This document shows, one piece after another, positions 1-10,027 of a DNA stretch of 64,000 bases (position 1 is its first letter; each line of letters begins with the position of its first letter). Below the pieces are notes generated by a model that had not been told where the DNA came from, made no database searches, and saw only the letters and a program-made list of their open reading frames with translations. The position numbers and the translations under genes were made by a program. This DNA is from an uncultured Thermoplasmata archaeon (GTDB lineage: Archaea > Thermoplasmatota > Thermoplasmata > Halarchaeoplasmatales > Halarchaeoplasmataceae). The stretch lies in assembly GCA_964458595.1 (NCBI GenBank), contig CAYWJQ010000003.1, positions 48,200 through 112,199 on the forward strand, in the 5' to 3' direction.

Positions 1-132
1 CATTACGCCAGCCGTTGTACTTTCTGCGGCCAATGTTTGGATATCTGTCCGGAGGACTGCTTTGAATTCAGCCCCGACTTTTTGATAGCTGGAACCGATA
101 AAAAAGCCGACGGACTGGTTTTGAACCCTTGA
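1..132 (+). CDS. 3' end of a 4Fe-4S ferredoxin-type subunit (NuoI/MbhN-like), partial at window edge
   Basis: Frame 1 reads HYASRCTFCGQCLDICPEDCFEFSPDF...* with a CxxCxxCxxxCP motif; not in the ORF track; next to a hydrogenase maturation protease. Confidence 0.8.
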   Translation, partial: HYASRCTFCGQCLDICPEDCFEFSPDFLIAGTDKKADGLVLNP

Positions 133-154
133 AGGACCCTATTCACTTCCTTTT

Positions 155-616
155 TTATTTTTGATCTTTCTCTTCCAATTCGGGTAAGTCTCTCCACTCA
201 CCCGATTCGAGCAGATCGAGCATCTCGTCTCTAGCTTTTTCTATTTCTGGAGTCATCCCCTCTTTCAGCCTCATATCTTTTGGCTGGATGCCCACCAGAT
301 AGACTTCTTCCACTTTCTTATCCAAAAAATCCATCACCGTGGATAGAGGCATCGCGTGTGTACTCATGGTGAAGACGCCTAGATGTTCTCTAGGAACTAT
401 CCTGATCTCTCCGGGCTCTAGTTCCATCTTCGCCGCATCGATTATCAGCACCAATTCGTACTCGTCCTCTTCGATCATCGTTATATGGTTTTCGGGTACC
501 GACCCGCAGTCGACGGCGTCCCATTCATCGCTTTCAAAATTTCTTACGACACTTTCTCCCACTGCGTCGTCTCCTCGGATGTCATTTCCTACACCCATGA
601 GTAATTTACTCGGCAT
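155..616 (-). CDS. hycI: Hydrogenase maturation protease (HycI family)
   Basis: GVGNDIRGDDAVG, IIDAA and STHAMPL motifs. Confidence 0.9.
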   Translation of the reverse strand: MPSKLLMGVGNDIRGDDAVGESVVRNFESDEWDAVDCGSVPENHITMIEEDEYELVLIIDAAKMELEPGEIRIVPREHLGVFTMSTHAMPLSTVMDFLDKKVEEVYLVGIQPKDMRLKEGMTPEIEKARDEMLDLLESGEWRDLPELEEKDQK

Positions 617-679
617 AACTGTCTTTCAATCGGTTTAAATATTTAGTGTTTTACCCGCTATCAGCGAAAGCTTTTTTAG

Positions 680-1618
680 ATGAAGAACAGTATCAATATG
701 CAGATGGAAGATAAATTAGAGGAAATAAAAAGAGTTTTATCACTCTCTTCAGACTCAGAAGTCGATGATTATGCTGAAAAGAATTTAAAAAATCGGCTCT
801 ATCAGTGGAAAAATGCCGATGTAGAATACCTTTCTGACATAGAATATTTCATCAACGGGAGGAAATATGGGAGTTTGATCGACGCCTTCTATGATATAGA
901 GGATATGCAGAAGATGAAATTAAAGTTTTTAGACCCCAATCTAGAGGGGCCTTGGAATTTCACTAAACCCACTAAAGAGTTGAAAGTGAAGGACGGAAAA
1001 GGAGTGTGCGAGACTTTCGATTACGATCCTACCTCGTTCAATAAATGGGGTCAGGCGAATTATTCCAATCTAGAAAGGATGATGGTCAGATCATTTATGA
1101 TGGATTTTTACGTGCCTATATCCATAAGTGAGAAGTCCGAGTACCATTATGCCGAAGAGATGCCTCGGCAGTACGATCCCCATCTAAAGAAACTGAATGA
1201 TCTTTGGAAAGATATCAGAGGCGGAGTGATCCCGTTCGTGATGAGGCTGTGCCTCTATACCCAGGAGGATAGATATCCTCTACTTATAGATCCGATAAAC
1301 GATAAATTGAAACCTCATCCGTTGGGAGGGATCACTAGGGTGAAGAGGGTAGAGAGAGATCCTATGGAATACCTAAAGTTCGATAAAGTTTACGCGTGGG
1401 TTGATCTTCCCGTGTTGTTGAAAAAAATATTTGAACTCCTTTTCGAGACCGAGGAGATGTCCGTATTTGACGTGGCGGACTGTCTGAACATGGATAAAAA
1501 TGTGGCAGAAAATAATCTGAGCAGCCTCAAGAATAAAGACTTCGTCGAGAAAAGGAAGGATATATACTATAAGATAAATATGGAAAAAGTAGAAAGTATC
1601 GCGGGCAAATTGAAGTAA
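680..1618 (+). CDS. Hypothetical protein with C-terminal winged helix-turn-helix
   Basis: 312 aa ORF; C-terminus MSVFDVADCLNMDKNVAENNLSSLKNKDFVEK resembles a wHTH. Confidence 0.6.
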   Translation: MKNSINMQMEDKLEEIKRVLSLSSDSEVDDYAEKNLKNRLYQWKNADVEYLSDIEYFINGRKYGSLIDAFYDIEDMQKMKLKFLDPNLEGPWNFTKPTKELKVKDGKGVCETFDYDPTSFNKWGQANYSNLERMMVRSFMMDFYVPISISEKSEYHYAEEMPRQYDPHLKKLNDLWKDIRGGVIPFVMRLCLYTQEDRYPLLIDPINDKLKPHPLGGITRVKRVERDPMEYLKFDKVYAWVDLPVLLKKIFELLFETEEMSVFDVADCLNMDKNVAENNLSSLKNKDFVEKRKDIYYKINMEKVESIAGKLK

Positions 1619-1631
1619 AAGTTCATATCCC

Positions 1632-2114
1632 CTATGTCTCTTCTTCTATCAGATCTCCTATGGTCAGTCCCTCGGATTTTTCTGAAGTCTTTGTAGAGGC
1701 CTTTTCGATCTTTTCCGTAAGTTCTATGTCAAGGGAATTTTCCAACTTCTCCCTCAACTCCTCGCTCGGTCTCATGTCTTCTCTTTCGACTTTAGCGACG
1801 AGTGACTTTTTCTCGTTTATCTCTTTGGCTAATTCTTCCTGTGTCAAGTCATTCTCCAATCTAGCGTTCTCCACTCTTTCCGCGTAGTCGAGAGCCAGGT
1901 CTTCCATCCCCTCCTCATAGCCGCTGTATGATTCAGAGGATTCTTCCTTGTTTTTCAATCTTTGAAGGACCTCTTCACTGGAGGTAGATTCTTTATCCGA
2001 AGATATGACTTCTTTCCCGTACTTTTCGCACTCGTCACAGACCTCCATCTCTGAGCCTTCTATTTTGACTGTAGTGGTATGGTTTACATCCTTTCCGCAA
2101 AGTTCACAAGCCAT
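1632..2114 (-). CDS. Archaeal multiprotein bridging factor aMBF1 (Zn ribbon + HTH)
   Basis: MACELCG...VCDEC Zn ribbon, LTQEELAKEINEKKSLVAKVE HTH, C-terminal LTIGD. Confidence 0.9.
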   Translation of the reverse strand: MACELCGKDVNHTTTVKIEGSEMEVCDECEKYGKEVISSDKESTSSEEVLQRLKNKEESSESYSGYEEGMEDLALDYAERVENARLENDLTQEELAKEINEKKSLVAKVEREDMRPSEELREKLENSLDIELTEKIEKASTKTSEKSEGLTIGDLIEEET

Positions 2115-2292
2115 AGAACACACCCAAATATGATATCAGGTTTCCTACATCTTACTATAACACTTTCAAAGATTTAAAACTTATCTATTTTCGTCTTTTT
2201 AAAAGACCTCAGATTATTGAGAAAACTTTTATATCCCTAGACCCATTACCTATCGTAATTAAGGAGTCTAAAAAATATAAAAAGTGATATTC

Positions 2293-2919
2293 ATGCCTTC
2301 AGATGATGAATCTAAAAAAGAAGCAGGGGACTGGTTCGATGAACTGGATGCCGAATTAGATGAAAAGACATCGGAGGTTTTCAGAAATTTGGGAGAGAGA
2401 GACTCTAAGATGGCTGAGATCAACAGACAGTTCATAAAGGATTTCTGGCGTATATGGATAAGGTTTGAAAAGCTGAATGTTCATTTCAGCATGCAGCCGG
2501 ATTACAGTTCTTTTGCTCATTTCGATGAATTTCCTGAAAATTGGGAATTCCGAGAAGATTTTGATTTTTCGAGTGTAAAGAAGATAAAGCTGATGGATAA
2601 GACCCAGGAAAACAACAGGACCGGTGACAGCCTCGTTCTAGAGTATTACAATAAAGACGAAAAGCTGAGGATAGGCTTGTTCTTTGAATTTAGCGAAGGC
2701 GAAACCTACTACAAGTACAGCGGATGGAAAAGGATATTCGCTAGATATTCACTTTTCGATGAAGAGTTCCCGGTAGAGGATGAAGAGATGGACGAGTTCC
2801 ATGATATTCTCAAGGAGATAGTCAAGAAGTGGTACGGATCTCACCTCAAGCAGGACAGAGACATGATAATCAACCACATCGAAAACGAATATGAGAAAGT
2901 CGAGGAATATCCCGAATAG
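2293..2919 (+). CDS. Hypothetical protein
   Basis: Long acidic ORF with host-like codon usage. Confidence 0.6.
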   Translation: MPSDDESKKEAGDWFDELDAELDEKTSEVFRNLGERDSKMAEINRQFIKDFWRIWIRFEKLNVHFSMQPDYSSFAHFDEFPENWEFREDFDFSSVKKIKLMDKTQENNRTGDSLVLEYYNKDEKLRIGLFFEFSEGETYYKYSGWKRIFARYSLFDEEFPVEDEEMDEFHDILKEIVKKWYGSHLKQDRDMIINHIENEYEKVEEYPE

Positions 2920-3118
2920 ATAAAAATACTTTCCTTTCAATTTTCTTCTTTTTCGTTATAAAAAGATTTCGAGTTCAGATTTTTAAAAGATCTTGATGTT
3001 TTTGGGGAGATCACCAATAAGAATTTGTAGCTCACTTTCACTAACCCCTCCCGACAACCATTAAATATTAGTGCATTCCTCACCTTTACCGGTCTATTAC
3101 AGACCAGGACGTGAAAAT

Positions 3119-4429
3119 ATGACTGAAGACGAAGAACTCGCGCCCCATATAGAAGATATAAACCGGGCGTTAAACGAAAAGTTGAGCGAAGAACAGATCG
3201 AAGAGGAGCTCCGTACTTACACGGATAGATACGGAGTGCCCTTGGGAAGCGCTAAAAGATCTATCGTTAAGAAGTACGAGGGTGACCCTCAAGAACTCTA
3301 TGTCAGCTCTGAGAAGAAGATAGATGACATAGAGGGAGAAGAACAGGGACTAGACCTCAAGTGCCGCGTGGTCTCTATAGATGATAAAGAGATCGAAGTC
3401 GATGATCAGCCCAAACAGATATGGTACGGTATACTGGGAGACGATACCGGTACGATCCCGTACACGCTGTGGGAAGCCAAACCTGTGGAGATAGAGAAAG
3501 GCGACACGATAAAACTGGAGAACGCATACGTCAATATGTGGAATGAGAAGCCCCAGGTGAACATAGGCTCGAAGACTTCAGTGAAAAAGATAGAGAGTGA
3601 CGAAGTACCTCAATTCGATCGTCAACCTCAAACTGTCGACCTTCAAGATATCCGAGAAGGGATGCAGAATTTAGAGGTGACTGCGAGAGTGATGTCGATC
3701 GAAGAGAAAACTGTAAATACGGATGAAGGAGAAAAAACTCTCTTTTCTGGAGTTATGGCCGACGAAACCGGTAAAGCTCAGTTCAGCGCGTGGCATGATT
3801 TTGATATAGAAGAAGACGACGTTATCAATGTGATGGGAGGATATGTCAGAACTTGGAGAGGAATCCCTCAATACAGCTTCGATGACGGAGCTAGTGTTAA
3901 ATTTTTAGATGATTCTGACCTGCCCGAAGCGGACGAACTCGAGGAAACGTCGGTTTACACCGTTTCCGACCTTGCAAAAAGGGGCGGGGCGGTCGATGCA
4001 GTGGTAGAAGCGGTTATGATAGATATAAAGAGCGGCAGCGGCCTTATATTCAGATGTCCAGAATGCAATAGAGTGGTTCAAAAAGGAGCATGCAGAGTCC
4101 ATGGAAAAGTCGACGGTAAAGCGGATCTCCGAGTGAAGGGCATATTAGATGACGGAACTGGTGCTTTGACCGTTATAATCAATAGAGACTTGACAGAAGA
4201 CATTCTTGGTTACGACATAGACAAAGCGATGGACATTGCTAAAGATGAGATGAACCAGGAAGTTATACGGGACGAAGTGGAGGAAAAATTGATAGCCCAA
4301 CCTCTTAAAGTGAGAGGAAATGTTACCAGCGACGAGTATGGGTTGATGTTGGTAGCCGACGATGTAGATCATAAGAGCATAGACGTAGAACAAGAAGCTA
4401 GAGAGATGTTGGACGAGGTGAGAGTATGA
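3119..4429 (+). CDS. rpa: Replication protein A (multiple OB folds + Zn finger)
   Basis: Repeated OB motifs (GDDTG, ADETG, DDGTG) and CPECNR...CRVHG Zn finger. Confidence 0.9.
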   Translation: MTEDEELAPHIEDINRALNEKLSEEQIEEELRTYTDRYGVPLGSAKRSIVKKYEGDPQELYVSSEKKIDDIEGEEQGLDLKCRVVSIDDKEIEVDDQPKQIWYGILGDDTGTIPYTLWEAKPVEIEKGDTIKLENAYVNMWNEKPQVNIGSKTSVKKIESDEVPQFDRQPQTVDLQDIREGMQNLEVTARVMSIEEKTVNTDEGEKTLFSGVMADETGKAQFSAWHDFDIEEDDVINVMGGYVRTWRGIPQYSFDDGASVKFLDDSDLPEADELEETSVYTVSDLAKRGGAVDAVVEAVMIDIKSGSGLIFRCPECNRVVQKGACRVHGKVDGKADLRVKGILDDGTGALTVIINRDLTEDILGYDIDKAMDIAKDEMNQEVIRDEVEEKLIAQPLKVRGNVTSDEYGLMLVADDVDHKSIDVEQEAREMLDEVRV

Positions 4430-4514
4430 GCGGAACCATCTCTCCGCTCTTCTCATCGAGTTCAGATAGTTTAGATTTAAAAATATCGATTGTAAACTTA
4501 AAAAGGAGGTCGAA

Positions 4515-5405
4515 ATGATGAGTATGACGAACAGAGAAGTTGCTTGGAGAGTTTTCGCGAGCGAATTCAACGAATCGACTTTGGAGATAGAAGGGACGGA
4601 GGAGAGAGCTCCCACATATCTGGTAACACCTTTGGGAGCGAAGATAAACCGCGTATATACGGTGGGGGTTCTGACTGAAAAGGAGAACAAAGGCGATCCG
4701 GAGGAACCGATGTGGCGGGCAAGAGTTACCGATCCCACGGGAACGTTCTTCGTTTCCGCCGGTCAATATCAACCCGAAGTGACTACCACCCTGACCAATA
4801 TGGAACCTCCTTTATTCGTGGCGGTCGTCGGTAAAGCGAATACATACGAGCCGGACGACGAAACCTTCTTGACCTCGATCAGAGCCGAGATAATAAAAGA
4901 AGTCACTGAAGAACAGAGAGATAATTGGATAATCGAAGCCGCTAGGTCCTTAAAGAACAGACTCGAAGTCGCTATAGAAGCTTCTAAGATGGACGAAGTT
5001 TCAGTCGAAGAGCTGATCGAATTGGGTTTCGACGAAAGATTAGCTGAAGGTTATCAAAAGGCCTCTCAACATTACGATTCGGTATCGTTCGACCGCTATG
5101 AAAGGATGTTAGAGGACTCTCTCAGGTATGTTTTACCGGAATACGAGAGCGAATCCATCGAAGAGATGGGTGAAGAAGAAACAGAAGAGAGAGACGAGGA
5201 CTTAGAAGATTTCATATTGGAGATGATCAGCGATTTCGAGGAACGAGAGAACCTGGAGAACGGTGTAGATTACGAAAGAGTCAAAGAAAAAGTGATGGAT
5301 GAAAAGGATATCACGGAAGACGACTTCGAGGAAGCCGTCAATAACCTGAGAACGGATGGAAAACTTTACGAGCCGGTACTCGGAAACCTTAAGATGATCG
5401 GCTGA
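4515..5405 (+). CDS. RPA-associated OB-fold protein (RPAP/Rpa2-like)
   Basis: REVAWRVFASEF, RAPTYLVTPLGAKINR and DPTGTF motifs; directly downstream of rpa. Confidence 0.85.
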   Translation: MMSMTNREVAWRVFASEFNESTLEIEGTEERAPTYLVTPLGAKINRVYTVGVLTEKENKGDPEEPMWRARVTDPTGTFFVSAGQYQPEVTTTLTNMEPPLFVAVVGKANTYEPDDETFLTSIRAEIIKEVTEEQRDNWIIEAARSLKNRLEVAIEASKMDEVSVEELIELGFDERLAEGYQKASQHYDSVSFDRYERMLEDSLRYVLPEYESESIEEMGEEETEERDEDLEDFILEMISDFEERENLENGVDYERVKEKVMDEKDITEDDFEEAVNNLRTDGKLYEPVLGNLKMIG

Positions 5406-5407
5406 TA

Positions 5408-6154
5408 TCAATCGTTTTCTTCTTTTTGTTCGTCGATGGCTTCCTCCATCTTCATATCGCCCTCGACGACCTTTTTAGCTAAAGATTTAGAGATGGTTAT
5501 GTCTCCGCTTTCCATCCGACTCCTTCTCTGCATCTCTCTCATCTCACCCTCTGTGGCTTCAACGTCGTATGATCCCTGAGCCAATTCACCGTGACTGAGT
5601 GCGATCTTCTTAGCGGCCTCTATATCCGGCGCTTCGGTGAGGATAGTAGTATCTTCTTCATTTACGATCTCGATACGGACGGGTATCCCTTCTAGAGAAG
5701 AGATAGTCCGATTTCTGTTGGTTTTATCTCCGTGACCGATCCTTATGATCATCCTCTGGAAATCGTAGTCTTTGATAAAATCTTCTATTATATTTTTTAC
5801 TTCCTCTGGAGAGGCAGCATGCATAGTCTCCAATATCTTTCCGTCTCCCAGAAGGACTATCCCGGGTTCTCTCCCGGGATCAATCCCCACCAGCATCTTG
5901 TGATAGGAAGATTTGCCCTTTGTTATAGAAAGAGCTTTCCTCACACCTTTCCTGATATCATCATCTTTCACACCTATAACTTTGTCGAAGTCGATCCCTT
6001 CGGCTTCTTTGGACGTGGTTATGACAAGATCGACCTCCGGGGGGATCTCATCCGTAGGAGAAAGGCTCACGAAGGGTATATCTCGCTGTTTTAGTTCTCT
6101 AACTACGTCATAGTAAAATTTGAAATTGTCCGTGGCAACAGCTATTATATTCAC
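5408..6154 (-). CDS. Conserved protein with RNase H-like (YqgF-like) domain
   Basis: LVGIDPG, IRIGHG, VNEEDTT and DIEAAKKIA motifs. Confidence 0.6.
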   Translation of the reverse strand: MNIIAVATDNFKFYYDVVRELKQRDIPFVSLSPTDEIPPEVDLVITTSKEAEGIDFDKVIGVKDDDIRKGVRKALSITKGKSSYHKMLVGIDPGREPGIVLLGDGKILETMHAASPEEVKNIIEDFIKDYDFQRMIIRIGHGDKTNRNRTISSLEGIPVRIEIVNEEDTTILTEAPDIEAAKKIALSHGELAQGSYDVEATEGEMREMQRRSRMESGDITISKSLAKKVVEGDMKMEEAIDEQKEEND

Positions 6155-6224
6155 AGTATCGAAAACGCACTCTAGAAATATAGACTTTTTGAAAAAAAGA
6201 AAGAAAAAGGTTTTTCAACCGTTC

Positions 6225-7586
6225 TTAACTCAGATCTACTTCTGGGGCTTTCTCTATATCGCCGGCTTCCATCTTGTTCTCTGTCTTTCTCCTTGTTGCT
6301 TTTATGGTCTTTTCCGCCCTCTCCCTGAGTTCTTCTTCGGAGAGTTCTCTTCTTGCTAGGCCCTGTTCTATCGCTTTGAGCCCAACTCTCACGGCTTGCC
6401 TGATATACACTTCGGTATCTTCCATCGTCGGCACGAGATTTTCTTCGTCTAAACCTCTTTCCTCGGCGACTTCCGCGATCGCATAGGCGGCTTCGATGTG
6501 CATCTCATCGCTGATAGTGGTCGCTCTCACGTCGAGAGTACCTCTAAATATACCGGGGAATCCGATTGAGTTGTTCACCTGGTTCGGGAAATCCGAGCGG
6601 CCGGTTCCGACTATGCGCACGCCGGCTTCTCTAGCGTCCCACGGCCATATCTCCGGTATGGGATTTGCTTCTGCGAAGAGTATACCGTCGTCGTTCATCT
6701 CTTCTAACCATTCTTTCTTGATAGTGTCCGGTCCGGGTTTAGAAGCAGCCACTATCACGTCTTTTCCTTCGATCAATTCGGGTATCCCACCTTCTTTCTG
6801 TTCTTTATTGGTCTTCTGGGCGAATTTCCATTTCTCAGGAGTCTTCTCTTCGTCGAGGTCGTCACGACCGGGATGTAATAAACCTGTAGAATCGCAGAGA
6901 GTTAGGTTTTCCTCCGGAACTCCCGCTTTGAGAAGAGTTCTAGCAAGACATAGATTCGCAGCTCCCGCTCCGACGAGACCTATCTCAACTTCTTCGAGCT
7001 CTTTATCTACGACTTTCAGTCCGTTGATTATCCCCGCTAAAGTTATCGCAGCCGTTCCCTGTTGATCGTCGTGCCAAACGGGTATATCCAACTCTTCTCT
7101 CAGTTTATCCAACACGTAGAAACATTTTGGTTTTGATATATCTTCTAAGTTGATCCCTCCGAATGAAGGTGCTATCCATTTGACCGCCTGAACTATGTCA
7201 TCAGCGTCATGAGCATCCAGGCAAATCGGGAAAGCATCTACTCCTCCTAAATATTTGAACAGAAGTCCTTTACCTTCCATCACGGGCATCCCTGCCTCTG
7301 GTCCGATGTCACCGAGTCCCAGTACTCTGCTGCCGTCGCTGACGACCGCGACGTTGTTCCATTTATTAGTGTGGTCGTACACTTTATCTGGATTGTCACG
7401 TATATCTTCACAAGGTTTTGCGACTCCAGGCGTGTACCATACACCGAAATCATCAAAACTTTCGATCTGCACTTTTGGAGAAACTTCTATCTTACCTTTA
7501 TAAAAAGGGTGCCACTCCATCGCTTTTTTAGCCGGCTCCTTTGCTTTCTCTAGAAGTTCCTCTTTCGTCATTTCTTCTTCACTCAT
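6225..7586 (-). CDS. NAD(P)-dependent malic enzyme
   Basis: [36 protein letters not shown] and [12 protein letters not shown] motifs; start moved to MSEEE. Confidence 0.95.
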   Translation of the reverse strand: MSEEEMTKEELLEKAKEPAKKAMEWHPFYKGKIEVSPKVQIESFDDFGVWYTPGVAKPCEDIRDNPDKVYDHTNKWNNVAVVSDGSRVLGLGDIGPEAGMPVMEGKGLLFKYLGGVDAFPICLDAHDADDIVQAVKWIAPSFGGINLEDISKPKCFYVLDKLREELDIPVWHDDQQGTAAITLAGIINGLKVVDKELEEVEIGLVGAGAANLCLARTLLKAGVPEENLTLCDSTGLLHPGRDDLDEEKTPEKWKFAQKTNKEQKEGGIPELIEGKDVIVAASKPGPDTIKKEWLEEMNDDGILFAEANPIPEIWPWDAREAGVRIVGTGRSDFPNQVNNSIGFPGIFRGTLDVRATTISDEMHIEAAYAIAEVAEERGLDEENLVPTMEDTEVYIRQAVRVGLKAIEQGLARRELSEEELRERAEKTIKATRRKTENKMEAGDIEKAPEVDLS

Positions 7587-7681
7587 CTTATCATCCGCTT
7601 TGGGAAGTTTGAAATGACTATAAATAGATAATGGGTAAAGAAGAAAAAAGACCAGCAAGGATGTATAATAAAATTCAGTCC

Positions 7682-8650
7682 TCATCTCCAGGTGACTTCG
7701 ACTTCGTCAGTCCTGAACTGCTGCCTTATATTGCTTTCTTCTACAGATATTGAAGTTCCGGAATCGTACATCAGGTAGCCCGTCCAAGCTATCATCGCCG
7801 GATTGTCCACACAGAATTCGGGTTCTGGAACGTAATATCGTGCTCCCCTTTCTTCCGTCATCTTCTCGACCATGGACTGCAACCTTTTGTTCTGTACGAC
7901 CCCACCTCCGAGTAAGACCTCGTCTTTCCTGATATGGGCCAACGCTCTTTCAGTCACCTCGGTAAGCATAGCGAAAGTGGTCTCCTGGATAGAATAGCAC
8001 AGGTCGGAAAGAGATTCATCCTTATTTAGAGCCGAGGTCATTATCCCCGAAAATTCCACGTCCATACCTTTCACGCTGTACGGTAGGTCGATGAGTTTTT
8101 TTCCCTCTTTTGCCTTTTCCTCTATGACGGGCCCGGCGGGGAAAGTCATGCCTTTTTCCCTGCCGAATTTGTCTAGCATGTTCCCGAGACCTATATCTAG
8201 GGTCTCCCCGAACACCCGATATCTTCCTTTAGTGAAAGCTATTACCTGGGTATTGCCTCCGGAGACGTAAAGCAGGACCGGATTATCGGCCTCGGTTCTG
8301 AGTCTGCCTATTTCGAGGTGGGCGATGCAGTGATTTACACCGACAAGGGGAACGTTCAAGGATAGAGACAAACTCCTAGCTGCGGTAGCGGCGGTTCTCA
8401 AACACGGACCTAAACCCGGCCCCTGAGAAAAAGTTACCAGATCAATATCGTTTTTTTCAATGCCCGTAACATCGATCGCTTTTTGAATGAGAGCAGTCAC
8501 GTTCGAAGAATGATGGTTCGCGGCCTCCCGCGGGTGGATCCCTTCTTTTTCCTGATAGGTCTTGGAAACGTTGGAAAGAACATCTCCCTCGTCGCTGACT
8601 ACGCTCGCACCTATGGTATGGGCGGTGCCTTCTATACCTAAAACAAACAT
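7682..8650 (-). CDS. kae1: tRNA N6-threonylcarbamoyladenosine transferase Kae1
   Basis: LGIEGTAH, GPGLGPCL, HCIAH, SGGNT and DNPAMIA motifs. Confidence 0.95.
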   Translation of the reverse strand: MFVLGIEGTAHTIGASVVSDEGDVLSNVSKTYQEKEGIHPREAANHHSSNVTALIQKAIDVTGIEKNDIDLVTFSQGPGLGPCLRTAATAARSLSLSLNVPLVGVNHCIAHLEIGRLRTEADNPVLLYVSGGNTQVIAFTKGRYRVFGETLDIGLGNMLDKFGREKGMTFPAGPVIEEKAKEGKKLIDLPYSVKGMDVEFSGIMTSALNKDESLSDLCYSIQETTFAMLTEVTERALAHIRKDEVLLGGGVVQNKRLQSMVEKMTEERGARYYVPEPEFCVDNPAMIAWTGYLMYDSGTSISVEESNIRQQFRTDEVEVTWR

Positions 8651-8670
8651 AAATAATAAAACAAAGAGGT

Positions 8671-8817
8671 TTATTCGGGGTTACCGATCCGGTAGACACC
8701 CGTTCCGCAGTCTGGACACTCGCCCTTTACTGCGGGTTTTCCGTTTTTCATCTCTGTTTCTTCGGCGTCTTTTATCTCGACCTTTTCGCCGCATTTAACG
8801 CAATATGCTTTTACCAT
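8671..8817 (-). CDS. 48-aa Zn-ribbon protein (DUF5679-like)
   Basis: Manual translation MVKAYCVKCGEKVEIKDAEETEMKNGKPAVKGECPDCGTGVYRIGNPE; two CxxC pairs; below the ORF-track cutoff. Confidence 0.85.
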   Translation of the reverse strand: MVKAYCVKCGEKVEIKDAEETEMKNGKPAVKGECPDCGTGVYRIGNPE

Positions 8818-8874
8818 GATCCTCACACACCGATAGAATAACGCTAAACTATTAAAGCTTTACTTTCGAAGTAA

Positions 8875-9224
8875 AGCCAGGTGACCGATGTAAGCCCCTT
8901 TCTGTTTGGTGATCAGCCAACATTCACCTGCGCGTCCTACCTACCGGTCCCGGAAAGGTCATCCCGGTATTTTTTGGACTTGCTCCGGCGGGGTGAAGTG
9001 GCCGTTTCAGCGTTCCCTTCGATTCCTAGCTCCGCGGGTTAACTCACCTGTCTTGCGACAGATTTCGCACGCGTCACAGCTCCTCGAAGGACGTGTCGTT
9101 TCTGCGCCCTGATCCGTGATTCTCACCACACCAGTTTGCACTGATCCGCCTTTCCTGTGGAGAGGGGACTTTCCTCAGGCCTACCATCATGGTAGTCCCG
9201 TCGGTTGGCCACGGTCTCCTGGCT
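8875..9224 (-). ncRNA. rnpB: RNase P RNA (archaeal)
   Basis: Minus strand carries GAGGAAAGTCC and ACAGAAAGGGGCTTA conserved boxes; ends pair (AGCCAGGAGACCG / CGGTCACCTGGCT); ~350 nt. Confidence 0.93.
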
Positions 9225-9315
9225 GGATTAAAGTTTTCTTAGGATATATTTAATCCTTCCGCCATATCGCTCACGAAGGACTCTATATCAATTTCGAGGT
9301 CATAGAAATTTTGGA

Positions 9316-10026
9316 TCATCTTGAATTCATTCCAGAGAATCTAGAGCATTTCAGTCTCCAATGGCCATTTTTGCTGTCATATGTTAACTTTCCTTTCAGA
9401 ACCACTGGTTTTCCCACTAGCTTCTGATCTACCTCGCCTTCAGCGTCCTTAACTCTGCATTCAAGTTTGTATCGTCCTTCTTGAAGTCCGGTGAGTTTGA
9501 CGTCGGTCCCGTCAGTGATATTGGTGATCTCGACCACTTTACCTCGGACTTTGACGTGCATGCCTTCGTGCCACCGTGGATTCTCTAGAAGATGAGAGAT
9601 AGGAGTGAAACTCGAATATGCCTTTCTAACCACTGATACCTCCCCGTGAGAATCCACCTTCAGATTTATCTTCCCTTCGTATTTTTTTAATTTCCCTTCG
9701 ACCTCGACTTTCGCACCGGTCCTGAGCTGTTTTTTCTCGTTATCCATGTTCTTTATGAGGTCTCTATTACAGGTCACGGTCAAGCTATCTTCACATCCTT
9801 TTTCTTTCAACTCGAACAGTACCATATAACTGAACCAGGTGATCTCGGATATATTACCCTCGGTAGCTATCCTAGTGCCAACGAGATTTTCGTCTATCTT
9901 AGAGATACTCATCTTTCTAGACGCATTCTCGCTCGAAAAAAGGTATAGAGACGATATCCCGATGAGTGAAATTATGACAGCGACGGCAAGGATTTTCTGT
10001 TTAGTGGATATATTCTCTCCAATCAT
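9316..10026 (-). CDS. Membrane-anchored protein with two OB folds
   Basis: N-terminal hydrophobic helix; GAKVEVEGKLKKYEG and VKVRGKV OB-like strands. Confidence 0.65.
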   Translation of the reverse strand: MIGENISTKQKILAVAVIISLIGISSLYLFSSENASRKMSISKIDENLVGTRIATEGNISEITWFSYMVLFELKEKGCEDSLTVTCNRDLIKNMDNEKKQLRTGAKVEVEGKLKKYEGKINLKVDSHGEVSVVRKAYSSFTPISHLLENPRWHEGMHVKVRGKVVEITNITDGTDVKLTGLQEGRYKLECRVKDAEGEVDQKLVGKPVVLKGKLTYDSKNGHWRLKCSRFSGMNSR

Positions 10027-10027
10027 A

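Noticed and set aside
8906-9112. 68-aa ORF
   Set aside because: Antisense to the RNase P RNA gene
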